The notes below the pieces were generated by a model. It was not told the origin of the DNA. It was given only the letters and a program-made list of their open reading frames with translations, and searched no databases. DNA of 45,869 nucleotides from an uncultured candidatus Brocadiaceae bacterium (lineage in GTDB: Bacteria > Planctomycetota > Brocadiia > SM23-32), in contig CAZXYF010000001.1 in assembly GCA_964644705.1 (NCBI GenBank), forward strand, positions 1 to 45,869, read 5' to 3'. Below are positions 1 through 9,728 of the stretch, piece after piece; within the stretch, counting starts at the first letter, position 1, and each line of letters opens with the position of its first letter. The position numbers and the translations under genes were made by a program.

Positions 1-186
1 TATTCCCAGCTATTTTGCGAATTGGGGTTCACTGTATTTTCCAACGGATCAGGAGATCTGGGGCTACTCGAGCTGAGACCGCCAAAGAACAGCGGAAGAT
101 TTTTGATAAAGACCAGGGTGAACACAAAGATCTATACATCCCGAATTGGTGTTTTGGACGGGCCTGGGCCGCGTATTTGCTTGAGT

Positions 187-1851
187 TTATTTCCGGCCCC
201 GGTGTAGTGGTCGGCGGGGATCTTCCGGGTTGAACCACTGCTCCCAGGTCGGCGCAAGGTAGGGCGGAACCCCTTTCAGTTCCACCGTCATCGGCGACTG
301 CTGGTAGCGAAATGGTGGACCGGTCTGCGTTATTCGTGAGGCCTCACCGATTTTTGGTCGGATATGCCATATCTTGCCGTCCATGCCCGGCGGGACATTA
401 ATCGTGGTTTTTGCGCTGTTTGCATACAGACGATCCACCGCACGGTTCGGCGCGCAGACCTGCATGTGAATCACATCGGAATCGTAGTGGGCGTCGTAAC
501 GGAGTTGGAAGCGGGATGTGCCCTCCGGCACGTAGAAATACCAGTTGCGGGCCACGCCAGCCGTAAATCGAAAGGAGGACCATTCGCCCACGGCCGTCGT
601 GCCGTTTCGGGGCGTCATAACCAGCGGGGTGGCCGGATAGGTGAAGAGGAACCATCGCATCCCACCGGTGACCGTTCCCCGCGCCACGCCCTTCCCGGTC
701 TCGAGTGTCACATCGGGTTGTTCACCTTTGTTGTGCACGTGAGTCAGTTGACGCTTTTTATCGACAATGGTTTTGCCGTGGGGCCCGGTGATCCTCACGC
801 GCGCCACGGGAAGTTTCCCGTCCTCTTTCCGCGGCAGGTAGGTGCCGATACGAAAATTGAGTTTCCGGCCATCGGGATTCCAGAGTGCGAAACGTCCCTT
901 TCCCCGCATCATGATGCCATCCGGGTCCCCGAGAGAGGGGGCGGGCGAGAAGTGCTGGAGGTTCGGCCACCGTTTGTTCATCATCTGTTTTTTCGGTGCC
1001 GCCTGGATGAACGGCGTTTCATCGTACAGTGGAATGTCGGGAGGACCGTTTGTTCCCGGGTTAAACCATTCCTCCGGGCTGCGAGCGATGTACTGCGGAA
1101 TGCCCTTGAATGCCAGATTGACATTCGAATAATTATGGGAGTCTCCATAAGCAACGCGCACCGACCAGAACCGGCCGGCCGTGCCGGGTTCTACGGGAAC
1201 TGTCACTTCCTGATCCTGCTGATACGGGCCGCTGCGGTATGGAGGTTGTCCGACGAGGGCCCGTATCCTTTGTCCGCGAGGGGAGTAGATAAAGAAGGCC
1301 CAGTCCTCCCGCTGAGACATGTATCGACCGGCTCTCTGAGCCTTCACGGTGAACTCATTGACGTCCTCCGGTACCCAGAACCACCAGCGCCGCGGGACTG
1401 TTGGTCCGAAGACCACCCGACGCCCGTCGATCGCGTGGGCATCGGGATCTCCCGTCCAGACCACCGAGTGATCGAGGGAGGATTCCAGATATCCCCCGCC
1501 CGAGGGTTCCACGGTATAGACGCCTTTCGGGCCCGAGGCAGCTTTATAGGTCCAGCTGCCGTTCGTCAGTTTATGCTTTCCGTTCGTTAGAACCTTCCCG
1601 TTTGGATCAGTGATTTTTACTTTGTACTGTGATTTGTTCCAGGTTCCATGGCCCCAGCGCATTCGGCGCAGGGTAACGGTGAATGCTTGTCCGGTGGGGT
1701 TGTACAGATGAATGCGGGGTTTATACCAGATGTAGTGACCGGCGTCACCAATTTTTGTGCCTCCCGTGGCGGAACTGCATACGAAAGCCACGATGATAAG
1801 TGCGAAGGGGATGAGGATTCGTTTCGTGGAAATTTGGCGAACGGACGTCAT
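187..1851 (-). CDS. secreted hypothetical protein built from two homologous ~240-aa modules
   Basis: 554-aa ORF. A GGAGGG Shine-Dalgarno-like motif lies upstream of the ATG at 1849-1851. The N-terminus has a hydrophobic signal-like segment (ILIPFALIIVAFVCSSA). The two halves share ordered motifs: L(Y/W)NPxG, (K/R)ITxPxGK, W(W/Y)F(W/Y)VPE, G(R/K)xWxxR and KG(I/V)PxYxA..(E/Q)WFNP. No family recognised. Confidence 0.7.
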   Translation of the reverse strand: MTSVRQISTKRILIPFALIIVAFVCSSATGGTKIGDAGHYIWYKPRIHLYNPTGQAFTVTLRRMRWGHGTWNKSQYKVKITDPNGKVLTNGKHKLTNGSWTYKAASGPKGVYTVEPSGGGYLESSLDHSVVWTGDPDAHAIDGRRVVFGPTVPRRWWFWVPEDVNEFTVKAQRAGRYMSQREDWAFFIYSPRGQRIRALVGQPPYRSGPYQQDQEVTVPVEPGTAGRFWSVRVAYGDSHNYSNVNLAFKGIPQYIARSPEEWFNPGTNGPPDIPLYDETPFIQAAPKKQMMNKRWPNLQHFSPAPSLGDPDGIMMRGKGRFALWNPDGRKLNFRIGTYLPRKEDGKLPVARVRITGPHGKTIVDKKRQLTHVHNKGEQPDVTLETGKGVARGTVTGGMRWFLFTYPATPLVMTPRNGTTAVGEWSSFRFTAGVARNWYFYVPEGTSRFQLRYDAHYDSDVIHMQVCAPNRAVDRLYANSAKTTINVPPGMDGKIWHIRPKIGEASRITQTGPPFRYQQSPMTVELKGVPPYLAPTWEQWFNPEDPRRPLHRGRK

Positions 1852-2058
1852 CTGTTCTTCCCTCCGATCATAAAGATGGTTTGATATGGGGCTTTAGGTG
1901 GCCTGGTCCTTTTGATGTTCACTGACGGCCGGGGCGAGCAGTACAATTATATCCAGCCACCAGTGCGATCACAAAATAGCTGCGCTCAGCGACGTTCTGC
2001 TGCCGCGGTGGCAAAACGTCCCTCACCTCGCAAGCCTATTTTGGGCAGACCGGACTGA

Positions 2059-2087
2059 TTGACATGTGGACCGAAGGGGCTGATAAT
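2059..2087 (+). promoter_or_regulatory. sigma70-type promoter (TTGACA-N17-GATAAT)
   Basis: TTGACA at 2059-2064, a 17-nt spacer, then GATAAT at 2082-2087. It lies about 60 nt upstream of the ATG at 2147. Confidence 0.45.
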
Positions 2088-2146
2088 ATACTATTCGGGG
2101 GATGGAGGGCGGAGGATGGAATTTCTTTTTGATTTCGGAGAGGATT

Positions 2147-2803
2147 ATGCAAACACCTGAACTGTTTTCGAAAGTTTGTTTGGTACTGCTGGCAACTCTT
2201 TCTGTGAGTGTTCCCGTTCACGCGCAACAGGGCAACGAAACATCGGGCGAGAAGAAAGCTCGGAAAGCCCTTATAGAGATCGGAAAATATAAGGCGGACA
2301 TAATCATTATTAAAAAGAGGATTGAGGATCTTCCCGATAATGATCGGAATGGATGGAATCAGGGATATCAAGAAATAAAAAGGATGTATAACAAGGCTAA
2401 AAATAGCCTGCAGGAAACAGAATCGGCCGAGAGAGAGTTGCCGCGGAAAAAACAAAATAAGGAGCTTCTGGAACGGACACGAGAAAAAAAGAAGGAGCTC
2501 CATAACGCTTTCAATTATTACCGACACAGCCGGCGGGACGAAGTACAGGTCATGCTGGAAGATGCTCAACGGGCGCGGAGTCGAGCGCTTAAGATGTATA
2601 ATACGCTGAGAGAACTGGAGCGGAAATGGATTAAAGCGGACGCGGATCTGACGGTTCTGGTTCCACCTTATAAGGAATGTCTCAATCGGCTCAAAAACGC
2701 CGAGGAACTGTACAGGTCCTATAAAGGGGCTCTCGCGAAGGATCGGCGAAAGTGGAAAGAACGAGTGCGTGACATTCTTGGGCCGGGTTACTTCATGAAA
2801 TGA
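2147..2803 (+). CDS. secreted K/E/R-rich coiled-coil protein, function unknown
   Basis: The ORF track gives 2102..2803. I prefer the internal ATG at 2147 because it is preceded by GGAGAGG and followed by a signal-peptide-like MQTPELFSKVCLVLLATLSVSVPVHAQQ. The rest is a charged, heptad-like sequence. Confidence 0.6.
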   Translation: MQTPELFSKVCLVLLATLSVSVPVHAQQGNETSGEKKARKALIEIGKYKADIIIIKKRIEDLPDNDRNGWNQGYQEIKRMYNKAKNSLQETESAERELPRKKQNKELLERTREKKKELHNAFNYYRHSRRDEVQVMLEDAQRARSRALKMYNTLRELERKWIKADADLTVLVPPYKECLNRLKNAEELYRSYKGALAKDRRKWKERVRDILGPGYFMK

Positions 2804-2911
2804 TGTTGTCCCCTGATGCCGAGATCCCATACAACGGTGTCTTGGTCATAGGACCGTAAGGACCCCATAAATGAAGTTACTGATACGATTATATACACAC
2901 AGGAGGCGGTT

Positions 2912-3895
2912 GTGACAGGATTCAGGGCAAAGATAATTGCATGCGTTCTCTTTGGTATGGCGCTAATGCTCGGTTCCTGCGGGGAGGAGGGAACGGGGAA
3001 GGGGAATGCTCTGAAAGAACGGGGGAATAGGGTCAAGGAAAAAGACTCAGCGACAGGGGAAAGTGAGAAGTCTGAGGCAAACGGGGGAAAAGTGCAGAAA
3101 AAGGACGGGTCGAAATCAACCGGCAATACGAAAGAATCAGATGAGCGGAAACACGTGGTCCTGGATCTGGGGAAGGAGACCACTATGAAGCTCGTCTATA
3201 TCGAACCGGGTAAGTTTCTGATGGGAAGCAAGATGTCGCGGGAAGAGGTGACTGAGCGTTTCGGTGAGGAAGTGACTTATTTTGTCAGTGAACATCCCCA
3301 GCACCGTGTGCATATTACGAGGGGATTTTATATGGGAGTCACGGAGGTGACGCAGCAACAATATGAAGCGGTCATGGGGGAAACCACCACGTGTTTCGAC
3401 GGTAAAAAGAATCCCGTGGAAATGGTAAGCTGGAAAGATGCCCGTCGATTTTGTCGGAAACTCCGGAGGAAAACGGGAAAAAACGTACGCCTGCCGACCG
3501 AAGCCGAGTGGGAGTATGCCTGCCGGGCCGGCAGCACCACGCTGTATCACTTCGGCGATGATCCGACGCAACTGGAGCAATACGCCTGGTATAAGGCGAA
3601 CAGTGGAGGCAAGACGCATCCGGTAGGGGAGAAAAAGCCCAATGCGTGGGGATTATACGATATGCATGGGAACGTATGGGAATGGTGTCGTAATCGCTAT
3701 GGTCCCAAGTTTTACGAAAAAAGCCGTTTCAAAGATCCGACGGGACCCAATCGATGGCACTCCTCAACCCGCGTGCTGCGCGGAGGATCATGGAACTTTT
3801 CGGCATACCTCGCGCGAGCAGCAACGCGATTGGATGACGAACCCAATCTGGGCAGCATCATGTATGGTTTCCGGGTGATAATGAGACCGGAGTAG
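2912..3895 (+). CDS. formylglycine-generating enzyme (SUMF1/FGE-sulfatase) family lipoprotein
   Basis: GTG start 6 nt after AGGAGG. Lipobox LGSC sits in the N-terminal signal, followed by a K/E/G-rich linker. The C-terminal domain carries FGE-family motifs (WEYACRAG, HGNVWEWC, RVLRGGSWN). Confidence 0.85.
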   Translation: MTGFRAKIIACVLFGMALMLGSCGEEGTGKGNALKERGNRVKEKDSATGESEKSEANGGKVQKKDGSKSTGNTKESDERKHVVLDLGKETTMKLVYIEPGKFLMGSKMSREEVTERFGEEVTYFVSEHPQHRVHITRGFYMGVTEVTQQQYEAVMGETTTCFDGKKNPVEMVSWKDARRFCRKLRRKTGKNVRLPTEAEWEYACRAGSTTLYHFGDDPTQLEQYAWYKANSGGKTHPVGEKKPNAWGLYDMHGNVWEWCRNRYGPKFYEKSRFKDPTGPNRWHSSTRVLRGGSWNFSAYLARAATRLDDEPNLGSIMYGFRVIMRPE

Positions 3896-4004
3896 AAGTA
3901 GCGTGTTCGGCGTGTGGACTGGTTTGATCGGAGCGCAACGGTGGATGTTTTGGTTGCAGGTGGAATTGTAGCGGGGTAGGTGCGGGGGTGTGACCGGCCA
4001 GAAG

Positions 4005-4033
4005 TTGACAAAAATGGGCACATAACGTATTAT
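4005..4033 (+). promoter_or_regulatory. sigma70-type promoter for tRNA-Ser (TTGACA-N17-TATTAT)
   Basis: TTGACA at 4005-4010, a 17-nt spacer, then TATTAT at 4028-4033. It lies about 30 nt upstream of the tRNA 5' end. Confidence 0.55.
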
Positions 4034-4064
4034 CTTAATTCGCAATGATAGCTATTTATGTCGC

Positions 4065-4159
<95 letters not shown>

Positions 4160-4168
4160 AAACTTCTG

Positions 4169-4205
4169 GGCCTGGAATGAAACGTTCCGGGCCTTTTTCT
4201 TTTTA
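4169..4205 (+). terminator. rho-independent terminator after tRNA-Ser
   Basis: Stem GGCCTGGAA/TTCCGGGCC (one G-U pair) with a 7-nt loop, followed by TTTTTCTTTTT. Confidence 0.7.
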
Positions 4206-4416
4206 ATGGCGCCGGTGTTTGAGCTTCGGGTGAGAAGCATTGTCCGGGGAGAGATGCATCCTTGCGCCCCGAATTTCCGTAAGCGGCAAGCAGGGGGAAT
4301 ACAGTCCGTTCACGTGGTCGTTACCATGCGCTCCAGGGGGACAGATTTGGCACTGGCCTTATACAACAGCTAAGTCATGTCTGTCCAAAACAGCGAATTG
4401 GCGGGAGGGATTCGGT

Positions 4417-6486
4417 TTATTGATCGTCCGCCGGGACTTCATCGGTTTCGGACTGCCGTTCTGTTTGTTCCGGAGTCTGCTCAGCTGTTTCCTCCTCCTC
4501 CTCCGGTTTCTCGTCTTTTTCCCCCTCTTCCTCTCCGTCTTCCAGAAGTGCGCGGTGGTGTTCCACTTCGATACCATACGGTTCGAGGATGTTTCTGAGC
4601 TCATCCTCTTCAAGCACCTCTTTTTCGGTCAGTGCTTCCGCAACGGCGTCAAGTGCTTCACGATGTTCGGACAGCAGGGAATATGCTCGGTCATGCGCCT
4701 GGCAGACAATTTCTTTGACCGCCTGATCCATTTTGCGATTGGTTTCTTCGCTCCACGGTTTCCCCAGGAATGCCTGTTGCCCATCCTGATCGCCGCGGTC
4801 TCGTGGGTAGCTTACAGGGCCGATATCTTCGCTCATCCCGTAATCCTGCACCATTTGGCGGGCCATATCGGTGGCCTTGGCCAGATCGTCGGAGGCGCCG
4901 GTTGAGATCTCATCGAAAACGACTTCCTCGGCGCACCGCCCACCCAGCATGACGGCGAGGCGGTCGATGAGCTCGTGTTTACGCAGCAGATATCGATCTT
5001 CCTGCGGCATCTGCATTGTGAAGCCCAGCCCTGCGACGCCCCGGGCCACCATACTCACTTTACGTACTGGATCTGCGCCGGGAACGAGAGAGGCAATCAG
5101 GGCATGTCCGGTTTCATGGTGCGCAACAATCTCTTTCTCCTCGTCGTTCATGAGGCGATTGCTGCGTTCCAATCCCGCCACGACCCGTTCTATCGAATCC
5201 TGCAGCTCCCGGGTCTCAACGGCGTCTTTATCCCGACGCGCCGCCAGCAAAGCCGCTTCATTCACGAGATTGGCCAGGTCGGAGCCGACAAAGCCAGATG
5301 TCATGGCAGCGATCTTATGCAGGTCCACCTCGTCGGCCAGCTTTACCTCTTTGGTGTGAAGTTTGAGGATCTCCTCCCGTCCCTTCAGGTCGGGTCGTGG
5401 AACGCTTATTTGTCGATCAAAACGGCCTGCACGAAGCAGGGCGGGGTCCAGCATTCCCGGCCGGTTGGTTGCTCCAAGGAGGATGATACCTTTTGTCGGT
5501 TCGAAGCCGTCCATTTGTACCAGCAGGGCATTGAGGGTTTGTTCACGTTCTTCATGTCCGCCCATCATCCCGCCGCCCCTGGCTTTTCCGAGTGCATCGA
5601 GTTCATCGATGAAGATGATGCAGGGCGCCTGTTGGTCGGCTTGTTTGAACAGATCGCGCACTCGTGCGGCCCCCACACCAACGAACATCTCGACGAAGTC
5701 AGATCCGCTGAGGCTGAAGAAGGGAACGTCGGCCTCACCGGCCACGGCTCGCGCCAGCAGGGTTTTTCCGGTTCCAGGTTCTCCGACAAGAAGAACCCCT
5801 TTGGGGATGCTGCCACCCAGCCGCGTGAACTTTTTGGGGTTTTGCAAAAATTCCACGACCTCCTGGAGCTCTTCTTTACATTCCTCAATTCCCGCAACGT
5901 CGTCAAAAGTGGCGTCCCCCTCTTTTTTGACGAACATTTTGGCCTGCGACTGAGCAAAGTTCATCATGCCACCGGCATTGCTCATCCGTGAAAATAAAAA
6001 CCTCCACAGCAGGAAAATACCAACGATGGGGAGTATCCAGAAGAAGATCAGAGTCTGCCACTGATCCGAATCCTCCCGGTATTGTACGTCCGCATCGTCC
6101 AACAATTTATAAATCTGATCATCTTTATGTGACCATACGGTATGGAACTTAATGGTGGAGGCTTTACTGACCTGGACTTTGCGACTTTGTGTTGTCGTTA
6201 CCTTGACCGGCGTACCGTCGGGTCGATGTTGCTTCAATACGCCATAGATCTCATCAGGTTTCAGGACACATTTTTGGACGCTGCTGTTTTTAACGAGCCG
6301 CCTGAATTCGCCGTAGCCAATCTGCAGGCGATCCTCTCGTGTGGCCGCCCAATAAATAACGGCGACCAGAAGTGCACCCAGGAGGATATACCAGAACGGG
6401 AACGACTTTTGCTGCTGATCCTGCGGAGGGGGCTCGTTGGGGCCGCCCGGAGTGTTTGGGCCACCGCCTCGGGGATTTGGAGACAT
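4417..6486 (-). CDS. ftsH: ATP-dependent zinc metalloprotease FtsH
   Basis: 689-aa ORF with Walker A GEPGTGKT, Walker B IIFIDELD and zinc motif HETGHAL. Two N-terminal TM segments. Pro/Gly-rich N-terminus and a strongly acidic C-terminal tail. Confidence 0.97.
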   Translation of the reverse strand: MSPNPRGGGPNTPGGPNEPPPQDQQQKSFPFWYILLGALLVAVIYWAATREDRLQIGYGEFRRLVKNSSVQKCVLKPDEIYGVLKQHRPDGTPVKVTTTQSRKVQVSKASTIKFHTVWSHKDDQIYKLLDDADVQYREDSDQWQTLIFFWILPIVGIFLLWRFLFSRMSNAGGMMNFAQSQAKMFVKKEGDATFDDVAGIEECKEELQEVVEFLQNPKKFTRLGGSIPKGVLLVGEPGTGKTLLARAVAGEADVPFFSLSGSDFVEMFVGVGAARVRDLFKQADQQAPCIIFIDELDALGKARGGGMMGGHEEREQTLNALLVQMDGFEPTKGIILLGATNRPGMLDPALLRAGRFDRQISVPRPDLKGREEILKLHTKEVKLADEVDLHKIAAMTSGFVGSDLANLVNEAALLAARRDKDAVETRELQDSIERVVAGLERSNRLMNDEEKEIVAHHETGHALIASLVPGADPVRKVSMVARGVAGLGFTMQMPQEDRYLLRKHELIDRLAVMLGGRCAEEVVFDEISTGASDDLAKATDMARQMVQDYGMSEDIGPVSYPRDRGDQDGQQAFLGKPWSEETNRKMDQAVKEIVCQAHDRAYSLLSEHREALDAVAEALTEKEVLEEDELRNILEPYGIEVEHHRALLEDGEEEGEKDEKPEEEEETAEQTPEQTERQSETDEVPADDQ

Positions 6487-6692
6487 CGGATATGGTTCCT
6501 TTCAGCTAAGCTCTATCAAAGTAGAAGTTTACTGCTGGCAGGTTGGTGCGTTTTACGCTTCCCCCGCGCCGTGAAATCAAAATCGTCTCGTGCCGGATAC
6601 CGGCGACATAGTTCCGGAAGCGGGATCGCAATATTTTGCCAGAGCGGGAAACAAACAGGGGAGGAATAATTGCATCATCCTGACCTGCATAC

Positions 6693-6721
6693 ATTATACA
6701 TGCACGTGCCCGGCTGACCAA
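6693..6721 (-). promoter_or_regulatory. sigma70-type promoter for ftsH (TTGGTC-N17-TATAAT on the minus strand)
   Basis: The reverse complement reads TTGGTC (6721-6716), a 17-nt spacer, then TATAAT (6698-6693). It lies about 200 nt upstream of the ftsH start. Confidence 0.4.
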
Positions 6722-6783
6722 TCGAGAGCGCCTGTGGTATAAGATTTGTCACGAATCAGGTCCTTGCAAAGGCGTTTTCCGGG

Positions 6784-6811
6784 TTGACAGATCCGGACGC
6801 GTGGGTATTCT
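6784..6811 (+). promoter_or_regulatory. sigma70-type promoter (TTGACA-N16-TATTCT)
   Basis: TTGACA at 6784-6789, a 16-nt spacer, then TATTCT at 6806-6811, upstream of the CDS at 6869. Confidence 0.4.
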
Positions 6812-6868
6812 GAAAATAGTAATGATGCATGTATTATTACTTTTCTTCTGTTATGGGAGAGTGGTCTT

Positions 6869-7561
6869 ATGCGTTATCGTTTCACTCTGGTGGAGTTGTT
6901 AGTTGTAATCTCTATTATATCTATTCTCGCTGCAATGTTGATGCCCGCCCTGCAGGGCGCGCGCAAGAGAGCCTACCAGGCCAGTTGCCAAAGCAACGTT
7001 CGGCAGGTGGGTATTGGTATGACCTCTTACCGTACTGATCACAATCAGAATTGGCCATCGGGCAGTACATCCGGAGATTGGGACGTGCAGAGTCAGGAGG
7101 CTCTGAACGAAATCAGCTCCGATTACGTGAACAGTGGAGAAGTATTTAATTGTCCGGCAAAAAGCCGTGGTGATGCCGTGGGAAGTAGTGATAATCTGCA
7201 GACGGATAACATCGACTACGTCTACGGTACCAATGGCTCGAACCTCGCCCAGATGAGCGTGATTTACGCCGATGCCGTTGGGGGGAGTAACTACAATGAC
7301 GGAACCACGCCGCTAGACGGCAGCGGCAATCTTGACTGGAGTCTCGTCACCAATGGGAACGCGAGGCAATACATCAACCACGTGACCGGGGCGAACGCTT
7401 TGTTCGTCGATACCCATGTTGAATATCTGACGGTCGTGGATGATGGATCCGGTGATCCGGCGGGGGTCAGTAACGCTGACCTGATTGCCAGTGACACCGA
7501 TATCTACACGGTGAACCCCGGAGCTAATTCACTGGATGACGCCCGTCTGGAAACCAACTAA
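6869..7561 (+). CDS. prepilin-type N-terminal cleavage/methylation domain protein (H-X9-DG-like family)
   Basis: The N-terminus RFTLVELLVVISIISILAAMLMPAL is the type IV pilin-like leader and hydrophobic helix. The C-terminal HVTGANALFVDTHVEYL resembles the H-X9-DG signature, with DT in place of DG. Confidence 0.85.
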   Translation: MRYRFTLVELLVVISIISILAAMLMPALQGARKRAYQASCQSNVRQVGIGMTSYRTDHNQNWPSGSTSGDWDVQSQEALNEISSDYVNSGEVFNCPAKSRGDAVGSSDNLQTDNIDYVYGTNGSNLAQMSVIYADAVGGSNYNDGTTPLDGSGNLDWSLVTNGNARQYINHVTGANALFVDTHVEYLTVVDDGSGDPAGVSNADLIASDTDIYTVNPGANSLDDARLETN

Positions 7562-7583
7562 TTAGATTCCTCGCGCAGTAACC

Positions 7584-7624
7584 AGGTGGTTGCGGGTTAC
7601 AGATGCCTGCAACCACCTTTTTTG
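7584..7624 (+). terminator. rho-independent terminator
   Basis: Perfect 10-bp stem AGGTGGTTGC/GCAACCACCT followed by a T6 run, directly after the stop at 7561. Confidence 0.8.
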
Positions 7625-7725
7625 CGTTGGCGGGGAACACGAGAGTCCGTTCAGTTACCGGGAATCTCGTCCGTATCCGTTAAATGCCGCAAAACGATGT
7701 TAAATGATGTTGCGACCGTATCTGT

Positions 7726-7756
7726 TTGAAAAGGATACCGGAATTAGCCCTTCCGG
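7726..7756 (-). terminator. possible terminator of the ABC importer operon
   Basis: On the minus strand, CCGGAA-loop-TTCCGG is followed by TATCCTTTTC. It starts 20 nt after the permease stop. Short stem and a weak U-tract. Confidence 0.3.
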
Positions 7757-7775
7757 ATGCGGGTTACGCCCGGGA

Positions 7776-8792
7776 TCAAAATTCCCGTCGTGCCAGTAAA
7801 AACAGAAAAAACGGTCCACCGAGCATCGCCGTCAGCACTCCGACCGGCAACTCGGCCGGGGAAAGTATAGTGCGCGCAAACGTGTCGGCTATTACGAGAA
7901 ACGTGCCACCGCCGAAGAAGGAACTGATAAACAGGGGACGATGGTCGGGGCCCAACAGGAGCCGGAACGCATGGGGCACGATGAGGCCGACAAATCCAAT
8001 GGGTCCGGCAACGGAAACAACCGCGGCTGTCAGAGCGGAACCACCGATGAAGGCCGTGATTTGCACTTGAGTGACGTTGATGCCACGACCGCGCGCCAGT
8101 TCATCTCCGAAGGAGAGGTGATTGAGTTTTTCAACCTGGCACAGCAGAAGCGCAAGGGCCGGAAGCATGATCGGCAATACCGATGAAAGACTCCGATAAC
8201 CCCGGATATCCAGCCCGCCCATCAACCACCTGTCCAGAGTGACCAATTTGCGAGGCGCAGCCATATAACGCACGAACATGATGAGCGCGGAGCTGATCAG
8301 GGCCATCGTCACGCCGGCTAACAGCAGCTTCATGGTGGAGAAGTTTTCACGACGACGGGCAAGCAGGTAGATAACCCCCATCGCACACATAGATCCGATG
8401 AGGGCAAAAATCTGGACTGAGCTGAAACTGCCGATGCGGAACAGGCTGATGTCGAAAAAAATAGCTGTTGCTGCCCCCAACGCTCCGCCGGCGGAAACCC
8501 CGAGCGTGTGGGGGGTTGCCAGTGGATTGCGCAGAAGTGCCTGAAACACCGCTCCGGCGATCGCCAGTGAGCCACCCGCAAGAAAGGCGAGAAGGATTCG
8601 TGGTGTACGTTGGTTCACCACTATCTCATAGCTGACGGGTGCGCCTTCCGCTCCAGCGCCAAATGCCATCAGGATGTCCCGCAGATTCAATTGAACCGCG
8701 CCAAAAAGAAGGCAAACGCATGCTGCAAGCACGCTGCCCACAAGGAACACGGTCGTGAGTCCGATCAGTTTTTTTATGTTGAATGATGCCAT
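7776..8792 (-). CDS. FecCD/BtuC-family ABC importer permease (iron-chelate or cobalamin type)
   Basis: 338-aa polytopic membrane ORF. The motif NPLATPHTLGVSAGGALGA and the overall layout are typical of the BtuC/FepD/FhuB family. Confidence 0.9.
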   Translation of the reverse strand: MASFNIKKLIGLTTVFLVGSVLAACVCLLFGAVQLNLRDILMAFGAGAEGAPVSYEIVVNQRTPRILLAFLAGGSLAIAGAVFQALLRNPLATPHTLGVSAGGALGAATAIFFDISLFRIGSFSSVQIFALIGSMCAMGVIYLLARRRENFSTMKLLLAGVTMALISSALIMFVRYMAAPRKLVTLDRWLMGGLDIRGYRSLSSVLPIMLPALALLLCQVEKLNHLSFGDELARGRGINVTQVQITAFIGGSALTAAVVSVAGPIGFVGLIVPHAFRLLLGPDHRPLFISSFFGGGTFLVIADTFARTILSPAELPVGVLTAMLGGPFFLFLLARREF

Positions 8793-8857
8793 AAAAACCG
8801 CAAAATAAAACTATGGAGAGCAATACTTCGTCCGCCGTTGCACGTCCCAATTTATCC

Positions 8858-9721
8858 TCATCCCTTCGGCGCTGTCGAATCACCACCAGCAGTCGGGCGG
8901 GTATCTGATTCAGACGGTGGATTTTTAACGGCGCGCGTTTTTCGCCCCAGGACCAGAACCATGGGATGTTCCGTGACCGGGTGGGGGACAATCCGCACGG
9001 ACGTGCCGTACGTTTCGCCGATCAGTGTTTCGTCCATCACTTCCGACGGAGGCCCGGCGCACGCCAGTGTTCCGTCGCTCAGTAAGGCGAGCCTGTCGCA
9101 GAATTGACTCGCCATGTTGAGATCGTGAGTCACTACAACAACGGCGATATTCCGCCGCGACAGCGACCACAGAAGGTCCGCGATATGCGATTTGTGGTGG
9201 ATGTCCAGTGCTGCGCTGGGCTCATCAAGCAACATTACATCGGGTTCCTGAGCCAGGACGCTGGCCACCAGCACGCGTTGTTTTTCGCCACCGGAGAGGG
9301 TGGAGAAATATCGATCGGCCAGCTCATCACATTCGGTTTCGTGCAGCACATTATTTACCACCTGTTCATCCGTGTCGCTGAGCAATCCGAACGCTCCCTG
9401 GTATGGGAATCGACCCTGGGCCACCACTTCATGCACTTTATACTGAAAAGAAGATTCGGGGTTCTGCGGCAGAAAGGCAATTTTGCGGGCCAGTTCGCGT
9501 CGTCGATAGTTCTGAAGATCCCGTCCCGACACCCGGATTGTGCCCTCACCGGGCTGGAGGATACCGGCCATCAGACGCAGAAGCGTACTCTTACCCGAGC
9601 CGTTCGGTCCCACGATCCCCAGCATTGTTCCTTCCCGCGCCTGCAGACTGATATCATGCAGCTGAAAATCATCGTCGTCATATTGAAAACAGCACTGTTG
9701 AACGGAGAGGTTGTTAGGCAT
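8858..9721 (-). CDS. ABC transporter ATP-binding protein (FecE/BtuD-like)
   Basis: Walker A GPNGSGKST, signature LSGGEKQR, Walker B MLLDEPSAALD and H-loop VVVVTHD. The start lies 7 nt after the stop of the upstream binding-protein gene. Confidence 0.92.
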   Translation of the reverse strand: MPNNLSVQQCCFQYDDDDFQLHDISLQAREGTMLGIVGPNGSGKSTLLRLMAGILQPGEGTIRVSGRDLQNYRRRELARKIAFLPQNPESSFQYKVHEVVAQGRFPYQGAFGLLSDTDEQVVNNVLHETECDELADRYFSTLSGGEKQRVLVASVLAQEPDVMLLDEPSAALDIHHKSHIADLLWSLSRRNIAVVVVTHDLNMASQFCDRLALLSDGTLACAGPPSEVMDETLIGETYGTSVRIVPHPVTEHPMVLVLGRKTRAVKNPPSESDTRPTAGGDSTAPKG

Positions 9722-9728
9722 GATTCAC

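Noticed and set aside
3-233. Open frame running in from the left window edge (…EQRKIFDKDQGEHKDLYIPNWCFGRAWAAYLLEF…)
   Set aside because: It could be the 3' end of a plus-strand gene overlapping the convergent gene at 187-1851. Only about 75 codons are visible, no motif is recognisable, and a second frame is also open to 207. That is not enough to support a call.
364-1590. Long antisense ORFs opposite real genes (364-1590, 4975-5991, 15598-16488, 19016-19861, 20183-21016, 21430-22497, 36192-37163 and others)
   Set aside because: Each lies entirely inside, and antisense to, a gene with clear family motifs. Their products are Arg/Gly/His-rich low-complexity sequence with no ribosome-binding site. 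This is the expected shadow-ORF behaviour in moderately GC-rich coding DNA.
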